DNA of 64,000 bases from the NCBI GenBank assembly GCA_943354835.1, contig CALRDH010000004.1, forward strand, positions 10,851 to 74,850. Reading direction: 5' to 3'. Position 1 is the stretch's first letter. Every line of letters begins with the position of its first letter. Positions 1-9,489 of this stretch are shown piece after piece. A model generated the notes under the pieces. The model had not been told where the DNA came from, did not search any database, and saw nothing but the letters and a program-made list of their open reading frames with translations. Origin of the DNA: a candidate division WWE3 bacterium (GTDB lineage: Bacteria > Patescibacteriota > WWE3 > 2-01-FULL-39-13). Position numbers and translations under genes: made by a program.

Positions 1-658
1 ATTTGCCTATTATTCTATCGACAAAATGATACGGGACCTCAACGACTGAAAATCCTTCTCGAATGGGCTCAATATTTGTAGATATTGCAAAAGTGTAACC
101 TCCGTGAACAGCAATTTTATTTCTAATCTTTTCATAAACTTTTTTAGTAAATCCTTTATACCCAGATGTAAAATCTGTATGACCACTGCCAAAATATAAA
201 AACTGCATATATAAATTTCCAAATCGGCTTAGAATTTTTCTATGCCATCCCCAATTTTCTGGAATTCCTCCTCCTTTTTTATATCTAGTTCCACACACAA
301 AGTCATAACCTTCAGCTATGTTTTTTACGAACAAAGGAATTTTTGTTGCATCATGAGATAAGTCTGCATCAAAAGTTATAACAGCATCAGCTTTCATTAA
401 ATCAAATGCATGATCCATGGCTCCTGAATAAGCGGCTCCAAGTCCTTTTTTTTCTTTTTCCACAATTAGATGTATGTTTGAATCTTTTTTTATAAGTTCC
501 CTTACTTCATCTGCTGTTTTATCAGGAGAATTCGCGTCTGTAACAAGAATATGCATTTCGTGTCCGCTTACGGATCTAAACGAGGATTGCAAAGCATTAA
601 TAGTTTTTACAATATTTTCTTTTTCATTATAAGTAGGGATGACTACAACAAATTTCAT
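1..658 (-). CDS. Glycosyltransferase family 2 (polyprenol-phosphate mannose synthase-like); runs off the window edge
   Basis: Not in the ORF track. My translation from ATG 658 gives MKFVVVIPTYNEKENI...DANSPDKT...GLGAAY...FDADLSHD...GTRY...DFTSGY, typical GT2/DPM1 motifs. Confidence 0.9.
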   Translation of the reverse strand, partial: MKFVVVIPTYNEKENIVKTINALQSSFRSVSGHEMHILVTDANSPDKTADEVRELIKKDSNIHLIVEKEKKGLGAAYSGAMDHAFDLMKADAVITFDADLSHDATKIPLFVKNIAEGYDFVCGTRYKKGGGIPENWGWHRKILSRFGNLYMQFLYFGSGHTDFTSGYKGFTKKVYEKIRNKIAVHGGYTFAISTNIEPIREGFSVVEVPYHFVDRIIGK

Positions 659-668
659 TTTATAAAAA

Positions 669-944
669 TTAGAAAAATCTGATTATTCCAAGGCCCAACG
701 CAGATAACAGTATCACAATAGCAGACACTAGTGAATACTCGAATAGAACCAGCTTATCGAGTCTTTCTGTGTATCCATGATGCCAAATCCCCCAAAGTAT
801 GTATAACAATGAAAGGCCAACAAGTATGTAAAATCTGGAAAAATTATCTGCTGTTTTTTGAAAAAATAATGAAGCAACAGACATCGATATAACCAAAACC
901 GAATATTGTATAAAAACGACTAATGAATGACTCTTCTTTTTCAT
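669..944 (-). CDS. Small multi-pass membrane protein
   Basis: 91 aa with 3 hydrophobic segments; TGtTATGAT -10 box 6 nt before the ATG. Confidence 0.75.
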   Translation of the reverse strand: MKKKSHSLVVFIQYSVLVISMSVASLFFQKTADNFSRFYILVGLSLLYILWGIWHHGYTERLDKLVLFEYSLVSAIVILLSALGLGIIRFF

Positions 945-951
945 ATAAAAA

Positions 952-1785
952 TCATAACACTAAACCGATATTCGTGTACCAGATGCCTAATATCGCTAAA
1001 AGAAGTAACAAAATATGAAAAAACGTGTTGCCTGATATTCTTAAATTGCCAGTCCTTTTTACATAAAACCAGTCAAGCGATATAAATGCAGTGATAAATA
1101 TACCTAAAATCAAGGCAATATATCTTGAAGCGTTCATAACTGACATGGTGCTAAGAACTGATCCTATAACTGGTACAACTTCAACCGCAGGAACAGGGAC
1201 ATCTACAGGAACAGCTACTGGGACCTCCACTGGCTTTGGATTTTCCTTTTTTACTGCAGGTGGCAAAGCAGCAACAGTATTTTGTTGTCTTTGATATCCA
1301 AACATTTGAACAATAAGTGTAGTTTTTCGTCCTTGAAGTTCACCATCTACGACTGCAAAACCTATTTCGTCATATTTCGAACTCAATAAATTATCTCTAT
1401 GTGAAGGAGAATTATTCCACGCATCAACAACATCCTTGGACCTAGAAAAATCCACAGCTAAATTTTCACCAGCAAAAATATAATCGTATCCGGATCCAGT
1501 AATAAAATCCCAAGGCTCTTTACCACTTGGTGAAGTGTGAGCCCAATAGTCATCTTTAAACATATCGGCTGCTTTCGCCTTTGCGGCTTTCGATAATTCA
1601 TCATTTAAAGTAAGATCGCTAAGTCCATTTTTTTCACGCAAAGCATTTGTATAAGTCAATAAATCTGACACTTTTACATCTGTGGCATATCCAAGAATAT
1701 CTGGAACTTTTAGAACCAAAATAAAGTTAATAAATAAAATCGATATTATGAAAAATACATAAGTTATAAGAGTTTTATGAAGCAT
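952..1785 (-). CDS. Membrane-anchored CAP/SCP-domain protein
   Basis: Motifs TNALR, KAADM...YWAH, GENLA and W..SPSHRDNLL; N- and C-terminal TM helices; Pro/Val-rich linker. Confidence 0.9.
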   Translation of the reverse strand: MLHKTLITYVFFIISILFINFILVLKVPDILGYATDVKVSDLLTYTNALREKNGLSDLTLNDELSKAAKAKAADMFKDDYWAHTSPSGKEPWDFITGSGYDYIFAGENLAVDFSRSKDVVDAWNNSPSHRDNLLSSKYDEIGFAVVDGELQGRKTTLIVQMFGYQRQQNTVAALPPAVKKENPKPVEVPVAVPVDVPVPAVEVVPVIGSVLSTMSVMNASRYIALILGIFITAFISLDWFYVKRTGNLRISGNTFFHILLLLLAILGIWYTNIGLVL

Positions 1786-1787
1786 AT

Positions 1788-2105
1788 TTATGAATGTTTG
1801 TGATGATCATGCTTTTTCTCATACCCACTTGCCTTGTTAAGCATCCTGTTTGCTTTTGGCCACGAAATAAGCCAAATCAAAGTTCCATATATTGTTAGAA
1901 TTGTGAAGATCGCAGCTTCTACAAATGAAGACCACTTTATCGTTTCTCCGCTTGTAGCTAAATACATCTGTATAGCATTGGCTAGAATGAAAAAAACTGC
2001 ACTACCAGTTAAGAAAGTTCGAGAATCAACTCCTAATAATTTGCATCCTGAAATCCTGATGTGTACTAAAATAAAAGCATCTTCAAATAATTTCATATTT
2101 AACAA
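1788..2105 (-). CDS. Hypothetical membrane protein (start may be ATG 2096)
   Basis: ORF with two hydrophobic segments, abutting the CAP gene. Confidence 0.55.
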   Translation of the reverse strand: MLNMKLFEDAFILVHIRISGCKLLGVDSRTFLTGSAVFFILANAIQMYLATSGETIKWSSFVEAAIFTILTIYGTLIWLISWPKANRMLNKASGYEKKHDHHKHS

Positions 2106-2176
2106 ATACTATTCCGAATTATTACCACATGCAACTAATTAAATTAATGTAATTTAAATGTCCCTCTACATACATA

Positions 2177-2205
2177 TTGACGATTTTAGATATATATAGT
2201 ACATT
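2177..2205 (+). promoter_or_regulatory. Sigma70-type promoter TTGACG-N17-TACATT with no downstream + strand ORF
   Basis: -35 at 2177-2182 and -10 at 2200-2205; same hexamers and spacing as the vapBC promoter at 48227-48255. Confidence 0.6.
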
Positions 2206-2210
2206 GTGTT

Positions 2211-2270
2211 CACTACCTTACAGGCGTTTAGACATCTGTAAGCAACAGGAGCGAAAGCTCCTGTTTTACT
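2211..2270 (+). ncRNA. Putative ~55-60 nt two-hairpin small RNA convergent with the NYN gene
   Basis: Upstream promoter, hairpin CTTACAG(2217-2223)/CTGTAAG(2236-2242), then a terminator hairpin. Confidence 0.4.
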
Positions 2271-2272
2271 TT
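2244..2272 (+). terminator. Intrinsic terminator (possibly bidirectional)
   Basis: AACAGGAGC-GAAA-GCTCCTGTT perfect 9-bp stem with a GNRA loop, followed by TTACTTT on the + strand; abuts the NYN stop codon. Confidence 0.7.
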
Positions 2273-2820
2273 ATGGGCATAGCTTGAAAATAAGACCTTT
2301 TTGCCTTACGAGGTAAATCCGCAAGAGATCTTAAATGCATAGAGCATTTACCCTTAAAATAAACCAGTTCAACTCGTTTTTTATAAGATTTAATTACTTG
2401 GACTGCAGAAGCATAATCCCCATCATTCGCTATAATTACACAAATATCATATCTTTGGCTGAAAGCCTTTTCTAATATTTGTACTGCCATCTGCGTGTCC
2501 AAATCTTTTTCTTGTAAAGAATTTGGCAAACCTGTTAGTCTTCCATAAAACATATTAACTTTTTCAAGTTTTCCTATTGCGCTATAGTATGATTGTTGAG
2601 CTTTGTAATTTGTAATATCCTTTTCAGTACCTTTCAACATGTGAACAGGAGGTTGTGTACAAAAAAAATTGACCTCAATAAGTTCTCGGTTACTACCAGT
2701 AAGTTTTTCTGCAAGATATAACGGGTTATAAAATGTAGGCCATAAATCATCGACCATACGGTTTTCCTTTAATCTGTAGTAAACATTCGTGTGATCTATA
2801 AAAACGGCGACTTTATTCAT
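2266..2820 (-). CDS. NYN domain (LabA/DUF88, PIN-like) putative ribonuclease
   Basis: Acidic motifs VFIDHTN, EKDLDTQMA and ANDGDYASAV; TGaTATCAT 6 nt before the ATG. Confidence 0.85.
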   Translation of the reverse strand: MNKVAVFIDHTNVYYRLKENRMVDDLWPTFYNPLYLAEKLTGSNRELIEVNFFCTQPPVHMLKGTEKDITNYKAQQSYYSAIGKLEKVNMFYGRLTGLPNSLQEKDLDTQMAVQILEKAFSQRYDICVIIANDGDYASAVQVIKSYKKRVELVYFKGKCSMHLRSLADLPRKAKRSYFQAMPIK

Positions 2821-2884
2821 AAAAACATGATATCACGCTATACGCCATCATAGGATAAATTATGAACAATTAGTTCGAACAAAC

Positions 2885-4120
2885 CTATTTTACGTGTAGA
2901 TAATAGCTGACAATACCATCACCATGATTTATAGCAACATACTTAATTACTGGGCCGCCACAGTTCATAGTACCCTTCGCTAAAACACCGCCTTCTGGCG
3001 CATATATATATGTATCAGAAGACCCCATATCCAATCCATCATGCTTGCGGCTAGCATACCGCCAAGACCAAGGTGTTTTCCCATAAAGTTGGTTAATGGT
3101 AGGATCCTTCATCGGCCAAGACCATTCCCCTGATCCTATTGATTTATTGCCAGAGTCAAAATCATATACAAAGATTTTTTTAGATTCCAAATACTTAGCT
3201 GGATCAACAACAATCCCATTTTTCCTGACTTCAAAATGCAAATGGGCTCCCGATGAGCATTTGGGATATCCAGAATTACCCATAATAGCAATCAGCTCTC
3301 CTTCCTTAATCTCTTTGCCATCTTTAAAATTGATGCTGTTAACAATATTTTGAATTGCTTCTAGTTCTGCCTTTGCCTGATTCAATAATTCTTGATATTT
3401 CTTCTCGTCGTTTTTTGTTATCTCAATCAATTTATCCTTTGCTTTTTTTTGTTCCTCAAGTGTTGCCCTAAGTTGTTCTGATTGTGATCTTTGTTTTTCG
3501 ATTTGTTTTTTAATTTCTACAACCTGATTTTTCTTATCTGCTAAAACTTCTTGCTCGACTTCATAATTATCTTTAGTTGAATTCATTTTACTTAGAAGTT
3601 CTTTATCTTCAGCCTCTACCTTTTGTATGTATTTAATACGAGCCATAAAATCACTTAAATTATCAGAGCTAATCAAAAGTTCAAAAGTCGTATATTGATG
3701 TTCGATATATTCGCGTTTTATTCTTTTTGCCAAAAGTCCCTTATGATAATCAATGGTTTCGCCAAGTCGATTTAGTCTAATTTCAAGTAAATCGATATCT
3801 TCTTGAAGAATTTTCAACTCTTCTTGTTTTTGTTCAATCTGATAATCAGCTTGTCTAATCTGAACATTTTTTAATGCAATTTCACTTTCTATAATTTCTT
3901 TTTCTCTTGCAAGTGAAGCTTCTTTATTTTTTGCCGCATCCAAGGCCTTTTGCAACTTAGTAATTTCATCTGCAACTTCATCAGCCTCTTTTGTAGCCCC
4001 AACTCCCTTATATCCAAATGAAAATGGTAAAACAACGATTATTAGTAGTGCAATGAAAACTGCGCTGACATAAAACAAAATCCCTCTAGTTTTAAAAATT
4101 CTTTTGTGAAATATAGACAT
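2885..4120 (-). CDS. FtsEX-associated coiled-coil peptidoglycan hydrolase with a circularly permuted M23 domain
   Basis: N-terminal TM, long coiled coil, M23 motifs HLHFEV, HDGLD and YYLH; immediately downstream of ftsX. Confidence 0.85.
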   Translation of the reverse strand: MSIFHKRIFKTRGILFYVSAVFIALLIIVVLPFSFGYKGVGATKEADEVADEITKLQKALDAAKNKEASLAREKEIIESEIALKNVQIRQADYQIEQKQEELKILQEDIDLLEIRLNRLGETIDYHKGLLAKRIKREYIEHQYTTFELLISSDNLSDFMARIKYIQKVEAEDKELLSKMNSTKDNYEVEQEVLADKKNQVVEIKKQIEKQRSQSEQLRATLEEQKKAKDKLIEITKNDEKKYQELLNQAKAELEAIQNIVNSINFKDGKEIKEGELIAIMGNSGYPKCSSGAHLHFEVRKNGIVVDPAKYLESKKIFVYDFDSGNKSIGSGEWSWPMKDPTINQLYGKTPWSWRYASRKHDGLDMGSSDTYIYAPEGGVLAKGTMNCGGPVIKYVAINHGDGIVSYYLHVK

Positions 4121-4126
4121 GTGAGT

Positions 4127-5005
4127 CTAGTAATTAATATATCTGCGAGTTGCAAAATATCCGCTTATAGTTGAAAGAAGAACGCCGAAAACAAGCTCAA
4201 CCGATAAGCCGATTGCGATCACAGAAAAATCAATACTTGAAACTTGCAGACTACCTAACGCAAGAGTCATCATATTTTGATATTGAGTTAATAAAAGTGG
4301 AATTATAATCGCCGATGCAATCAAAACAGAAACAACAGTTGAGAAAATTCCCTGATATATAAAAGGCGCCCTTACGTACCAATCCGTCGCACCGACTAAT
4401 TTCATAATTATTATTTCATTTTTTTGTGAATAGATTGTGATGCCAATAGTTAAGAAAATTATTAAGATCGTAGAAATCGTAAATACCAAAAGCAAAGTTC
4501 CGCCAAAAACTTGAATTCCAAATACGATTTTCGCAAGTGTTGAAACAACATTTTCGGAAGCCAAAACGTCACTAATTAATTCATTCGATTTGAAGTATTC
4601 GGAAACAGATGAAATCTTATATAACGAAACTGCTTTTACATTTAAATGAGCAGGAAAAACATTTGCAGTTACACCTTCTATAATATCTTGATTATCTTTT
4701 GCATCTTCAATAAAAGACTGCATTGCTTGCTCTTTTGAAACATACTTAACCTCAGCAACATAATCTGTAGCTTCTAAAGATTTTTTTACTTCCAAAATTT
4801 GTTCCTCTGTAACATCATCCTTAAAAAAGCCGATGACTTCTGGTTTTTGAGTGAAATATACCGAAATAGAATTTGATGTATATATTAGTGTTAACAAAAC
4901 TCCAAGTATAATGAACGTTGTCGTCATCATAAAAATGACAGCGTATGCACGCCAGCCACTTCTTTTTAAATTTAGTGCAGTTCTAGCAAATATTGAATTA
5001 TTCAT
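4127..5005 (-). CDS. ftsX: Cell division permease FtsX
   Basis: Motifs YVSKEQAM and EIIIMKLVGATDWYVRAPF; 4 TM helices; overlaps ftsE. Confidence 0.93.
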   Translation of the reverse strand: MNNSIFARTALNLKRSGWRAYAVIFMMTTTFIILGVLLTLIYTSNSISVYFTQKPEVIGFFKDDVTEEQILEVKKSLEATDYVAEVKYVSKEQAMQSFIEDAKDNQDIIEGVTANVFPAHLNVKAVSLYKISSVSEYFKSNELISDVLASENVVSTLAKIVFGIQVFGGTLLLVFTISTILIIFLTIGITIYSQKNEIIIMKLVGATDWYVRAPFIYQGIFSTVVSVLIASAIIIPLLLTQYQNMMTLALGSLQVSSIDFSVIAIGLSVELVFGVLLSTISGYFATRRYINY

Positions 5006-5678
5006 ATTTACCTTCCTTTTTATCTTTTACTATTTTGCCTTTTTCAACATGAATAACTCGTTTCTTTAGTGAATTTACAATGTCTTCATTATGAGTTCCA
5101 AAAATAATTGTTGTTCCCCATTTATTTATTTTCTTGATTAAATCAACGACAACCCAAGATGCCGTACTATCAAGATTTCCCGTAGGTTCGTCTGCTAAAA
5201 GAATTTTTGGTTCATGAGCCAAAGCCCTTGCAATTGCGAGTCTTTGTTTTTCTCCACCAGACAAATTTTTTGGAAATCTTAATGCCTTATCACCAAGTCC
5301 TACTAAATTTAAAAGATTAGGAACAATTTGATCAATTTCAGAATTTGGTTTACCAACAACATGCAAAGAAAGAGCAACATTTTCAAAAACATTTCCAGAA
5401 TCAAGCAATTTAAAATCTTGATAAATGTAGCCGACCTTTCGCCTTAGTGAAGGAACCTCTTTCTTTTTTAAACTTGATAAATTAACACCATCGACAATGA
5501 CGTCACCTTCTGTTGGATCTTCTTCTTTGACAATATGGTTCATTATTGTCGTTTTCCCGGCTCCAGACGATCCAATCAAAAAAATAAATTCACCAGGTTC
5601 GACTGAAAATGAAATACCATCAAGTGCTGATGTACCGTCTGGAAATTTTTTTGAAACATTCTTAAAGTCTATTATCAT
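4998..5678 (-). CDS. ftsE: Cell division ATPase FtsE
   Basis: GSSGAGKTT, YQDFKLL, LSGGEKQR and LADEPTGNLD. Confidence 0.95.
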   Translation of the reverse strand: MIIDFKNVSKKFPDGTSALDGISFSVEPGEFIFLIGSSGAGKTTIMNHIVKEEDPTEGDVIVDGVNLSSLKKKEVPSLRRKVGYIYQDFKLLDSGNVFENVALSLHVVGKPNSEIDQIVPNLLNLVGLGDKALRFPKNLSGGEKQRLAIARALAHEPKILLADEPTGNLDSTASWVVVDLIKKINKWGTTIIFGTHNEDIVNSLKKRVIHVEKGKIVKDKKEGKYE

Positions 5679-6070
5679 TTTAATTTAATACTCCTAACTT
5701 CCATTATTGCATACCCGAGACCATTTCCGGCAGCAGACTTTCCAATGACTTCTACATTTAGGCCAACTGAAAGCCCAAAGTCGAGTTTTGTTGAAATTAA
5801 ATAGGAAATTAATTTGCCGTTTGAATCGTAAAGTCCATATTTATAAGTCACGCCATCCATTTCAGAAACCGATCTAATTACACCAGACAAAGTTTTTTCT
5901 TGTGAATCATCCGTTGGAGGTTGAAAATACGCATTCGGATCAACTTCTTTATTTATGGAATAATCTTTTTTCTCAAAGCCTGTAAATATCTGATATCCAC
6001 CAACGACAACAAGTATGGCAATAAAAAGGTACGCAAAATTCTTATAGGAATTGTATTTTTCTTCTGGCAT
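5675..6070 (-). CDS. Hypothetical single-TM protein
   Basis: N-terminal TM; stop overlaps the ftsE start. Confidence 0.75.
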   Translation of the reverse strand: MPEEKYNSYKNFAYLFIAILVVVGGYQIFTGFEKKDYSINKEVDPNAYFQPPTDDSQEKTLSGVIRSVSEMDGVTYKYGLYDSNGKLISYLISTKLDFGLSVGLNVEVIGKSAAGNGLGYAIMEVRSIKLK

Positions 6071-6104
6071 GGCAGTTTCTAATTACTTACTAAATTCGAG
6101 TATA

Positions 6105-7112
6105 TCAAACATTAGTACTTAAAAGCGATGCGTTTATAAATCCATCTAAATCACCATCTAAAACAGCATCTGGGTTTGTTGATTCATAATCTGTTCTATG
6201 ATCTTTTACTAATTTATATGGTTGTAAAACATATGATCGTATTTGATTTCCGAAGCCTGCTTCTTTATATTCACCACGCAAATCAGATTCTTCTTTTCGC
6301 CTTCGTTCTTCTTCAATTTGGACTAATTTTGACATAAGCATATGCATAGCAATTTCTCTATTTTTTATTTGTGATCTTTCTTGTTGTGAAGCGACAACAA
6401 TTCCAGATGGAATATGCTTAAGCCTTACTGCAGTTTCGACTTTATTTACATTTTGACCGCCAGCTCCACTTGCTCTCATCATTGTCATTTCAATATCTTC
6501 ATCTTTGATTTCAATTTCGGCTTCTTTTTCTATTATAGGAAGAACTTCAACTTTTGAAAAAGATGTTTGCCTTAAATTTTGTGCATTAAAAGGAGAAAGT
6601 CTAACAAGTCTATGAATTCCAATTTCTTGTTTTAAAAGCCCATACACATAAAGACCTTCAACTTTATAAGTAGCAGTTTTAACACCAGCTTCTTCACCAT
6701 CTACTTTATAAATCAAAGAGTATTTCCATTTCTTTCTTTCGAAATATCTTGTATACATTCTTTCTAGAATTCCTGTCCAGTCCATAGCTTCAGTTCCGCC
6801 TGCACCTGAATGTAATGTAAAAAACGCACCACTTTTGTCGTAGTTTCCTGAAAGGTACAAAAGAAATTCCAAACTTTTAACTAATTTTTCAAGTTCCTTT
6901 TCGTCTTGATCTAAAAGCAAAAGATCCAAAAAATCAATATCCTCAATTGTCTTTTTTATATCTGATAATTCTTGTGATAATGTAGAGGCGTTTTCCCTAT
7001 CATTCCAAAATGATACGTCACTCATCATACCTTCAATTTCTTTTAATCTTTTATCCAAAGTCTCCCTATCAAGATTTTGTTTAATTTTTTCTGCACGCTC
7101 AACTATTGTCAT
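6105..7112 (-). CDS. prfB: Peptide chain release factor 2
   Basis: SPF tripeptide (LSPFNAQ), GGQ motif and [12 protein letters not shown]; uninterrupted frame. Confidence 0.96.
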   Translation of the reverse strand: MTIVERAEKIKQNLDRETLDKRLKEIEGMMSDVSFWNDRENASTLSQELSDIKKTIEDIDFLDLLLLDQDEKELEKLVKSLEFLLYLSGNYDKSGAFFTLHSGAGGTEAMDWTGILERMYTRYFERKKWKYSLIYKVDGEEAGVKTATYKVEGLYVYGLLKQEIGIHRLVRLSPFNAQNLRQTSFSKVEVLPIIEKEAEIEIKDEDIEMTMMRASGAGGQNVNKVETAVRLKHIPSGIVVASQQERSQIKNREIAMHMLMSKLVQIEEERRRKEESDLRGEYKEAGFGNQIRSYVLQPYKLVKDHRTDYESTNPDAVLDGDLDGFINASLLSTNV

Positions 7113-8185
7113 CTTTTAATCGAATCAAAGACAAGATATGGATTACTTCCAATAACACTTTGAGCATACAATTCCATTGATCCAATATCAGCAGTCTTTG
7201 CAGATAATGATCCTCTATCAACAATTCTTACAACAATAGGCATGTGCTCCCAAACTTCTAAAGTTTTAGAAAGTGGTGGCAAGACTATTGATAAATTAAA
7301 ACTTGAAACGCCGAGTCTTTCTTTCATAGTATTTAATGTATCACTAACAACATCAGCTAATGCTTTATTTAATGACGTTCCAAAAATCATGATTTCCTTT
7401 TCTTTAATAGGAGTAATATTCACAAGAAGTCTGACGTCGCCTATTTTTTGAGCAAGACCTAGTTTTTCATGAATTGAATAAACATCATCAAAATAATTAC
7501 TTCTATTTCTTTCTTGATATTTATGTGCAGAGACTCTTAAATCCTCGACTTTTGCATACGCTTGCCCTTCTGTAAGAACGACCTGTGCATGACCATGAAT
7601 AACTGATGCACCTGCTTTCCATAAACAATTCCAAGTAAAAAGCGGATAAATCGCGAATTTATTATGCTTATTCGCTTTCATAAACCACTCATGCGCAACG
7701 GCAAAATAATCACGAACTCTTTTTCTAGAAAATAGCAAAGGATTATGTTCGTCAAAAATAATCAGTCCATGAAAACCGTCGTATTTAGCAACGTTTGAAG
7801 CTGTTATACAATATTTTCCTTTTACGCGTCCAAAAACATCCGCAGGAGTTCCTTTTTCAGGATGCATAAATGGATCCCCGTCAGTAGATTTAATCTGATC
7901 CATAACATCATTAAAGTTATAACCGCTTTCGACAAGAGGCCTCATCGTACGAAGTTCATTAAAAATTGCCCCTTCGTATGTAACAGTGTTTGTTATTCTT
8001 ATAAAATCTTGTTTTTGAACATGAGCGACTGATCCAAAAGTTGTTTCAACCCAAGAGTCCATTTCGATAGGAACAACAAGTTCGCCCTTTGTTTCCCAGC
8101 ATGAATAAACTTTATCAAACAATTCTTTTTCAACTTTGCTAAAACTATTTAATTTTTTAAAAAACTGATCTTTAAAACCGCTCAT
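7109..8185 (-). CDS. GalT/HIT-superfamily nucleotide transferase-like protein
   Basis: [10 protein letters not shown] matches the HxHxQ motif of the GalT branch; substrate unknown. Confidence 0.6.
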   Translation of the reverse strand: MSGFKDQFFKKLNSFSKVEKELFDKVYSCWETKGELVVPIEMDSWVETTFGSVAHVQKQDFIRITNTVTYEGAIFNELRTMRPLVESGYNFNDVMDQIKSTDGDPFMHPEKGTPADVFGRVKGKYCITASNVAKYDGFHGLIIFDEHNPLLFSRKRVRDYFAVAHEWFMKANKHNKFAIYPLFTWNCLWKAGASVIHGHAQVVLTEGQAYAKVEDLRVSAHKYQERNRSNYFDDVYSIHEKLGLAQKIGDVRLLVNITPIKEKEIMIFGTSLNKALADVVSDTLNTMKERLGVSSFNLSIVLPPLSKTLEVWEHMPIVVRIVDRGSLSAKTADIGSMELYAQSVIGSNPYLVFDSIKR

Positions 8186-8188
8186 AAT

Positions 8189-8893
8189 TTAATGAAACTT
8201 TTCATGAAAAATATTTGTACTCAAAACTCCCTTTTCTAAAAGCATTGCTTCCGCAGATTTTACCATTTCTGTCCCTCCACAAATAAAATATTGCGAATCA
8301 GGGATTATTTCAGGACTTAAATTAGGAATAAACTGCGTAACATAGCCACTAATTGTTTCAGGCAAAGACTCTTTTGATAAATACTTTGTGTATTCCTTTA
8401 TTGAACCATCGCGCAAATAGGAATCAAACAAATCAGTATAAAATAAATCATTTATATTTCTTGTTCCAAAATGCAAATGTATATTGTGTTTCTTACAAAG
8501 TCCTTTAATTATCAAAGTTTCTATCATTGATCGAAGTGGAGCAATTCCGGTTCCCGTTGCAATAAAAAATAAATTAGTTGAAAGCATTTTAGGCATGACG
8601 AAATTTCCAATTGGACCTATAAAAGAAATTTCGTCATCAATATTTAATGACAATAGGTGATTCACACCAAGTCCATTTGGTTTTATATCAACGCATAAAA
8701 TAAATTCGTTTTCACTTGATAATGGCGAAGAAGCAATCGAATATTGTCTTCGTGTTTTTGGATCAACAATAATCGCAACATATTGACCAGCCTCGAAATA
8801 TAATTTGTGAGATTCAAGCAATTCAAATTTAAATTCCCATACAAAATTTGCTATTTGTTTTTTTTCTATTAATTTTGCCGAAGATTTAGCCAT
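8189..8893 (-). CDS. FAD/NAD(P)-binding oxidoreductase (ferredoxin-NADP reductase-like)
   Basis: RQYSIAS, GPIGNF, ATGTGIAP, FICGG and C-terminal EKFH. Confidence 0.9.
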   Translation of the reverse strand: MAKSSAKLIEKKQIANFVWEFKFELLESHKLYFEAGQYVAIIVDPKTRRQYSIASSPLSSENEFILCVDIKPNGLGVNHLLSLNIDDEISFIGPIGNFVMPKMLSTNLFFIATGTGIAPLRSMIETLIIKGLCKKHNIHLHFGTRNINDLFYTDLFDSYLRDGSIKEYTKYLSKESLPETISGYVTQFIPNLSPEIIPDSQYFICGGTEMVKSAEAMLLEKGVLSTNIFHEKFH

Positions 8894-9125
8894 CTAATAA
8901 TTTCTTGTCATTTAAAACTCTATTTACCTCTTCTAACATCTCCTCGATTTCTTCATCAATCATTCCATGAATTTCGGCACCCTCACCAATAGTATCAAAT
9001 GCACTCGCAAAACACCCGACGCAATGAAGTCCAAATGCAGTCAAAACTTCTACAGCATCTGGATGATTATTAACTAATTCTGCGATATTTGTTTCTTTTG
9101 TTATTTTTATTTTATCTTTTTTCAT
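8886..9125 (-). CDS. DUF1858-type small protein
   Basis: ITKETNIAELV...GLHCVGC...TIGEGAEIHG. Confidence 0.85.
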   Translation of the reverse strand: MKKDKIKITKETNIAELVNNHPDAVEVLTAFGLHCVGCFASAFDTIGEGAEIHGMIDEEIEEMLEEVNRVLNDKKLLDG

Positions 9126-9489
9126 TTTTATTTAAGGCACTTTTTAATGCTCTAAAACCAACTAAAGCGCATTTTCTTCTTGCAAAAGTCAAATCAATAC
9201 CTAGTAGTTTAATATATTCGTCTTCAGTTAAAGATTCAGCAAAATCTAAATTTTTACCGATAATAAAATCTGACAAAATCGAAATTGCTCCAGTTGAAAT
9301 AATACAACCAGAAGATGAATACCCAATATCTTTTATAACTCCGTTTTCTACTTCAAGTTCAATTGCGACCTCGTCTCCACATGAAGAATTAATATCTTTT
9401 CCAGCATGAGATTTTACTTTAAGCGTTTTATTATAATGTTGGTTTTTATAATGAAATAAAAATTCGTCTTTATATAGTGTGTCTGTCAT
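9112..9489 (-). CDS. sufU: SufU/IscU-type scaffold or sulfur-transfer protein
   Basis: Conserved Cys in SCGD, GCIIS and RRKCA; follows sufS. Confidence 0.88.
   Translation of the reverse strand: MTDTLYKDEFLFHYKNQHYNKTLKVKSHAGKDINSSCGDEVAIELEVENGVIKDIGYSSSGCIISTGAISILSDFIIGKNLDFAESLTEDEYIKLLGIDLTFARRKCALVGFRALKSALNKNEKR

Noticed and set aside
1165-1240. PVxV repeats in the CAP protein
   Set aside because: An ordinary low-complexity linker, not a DNA repeat element.
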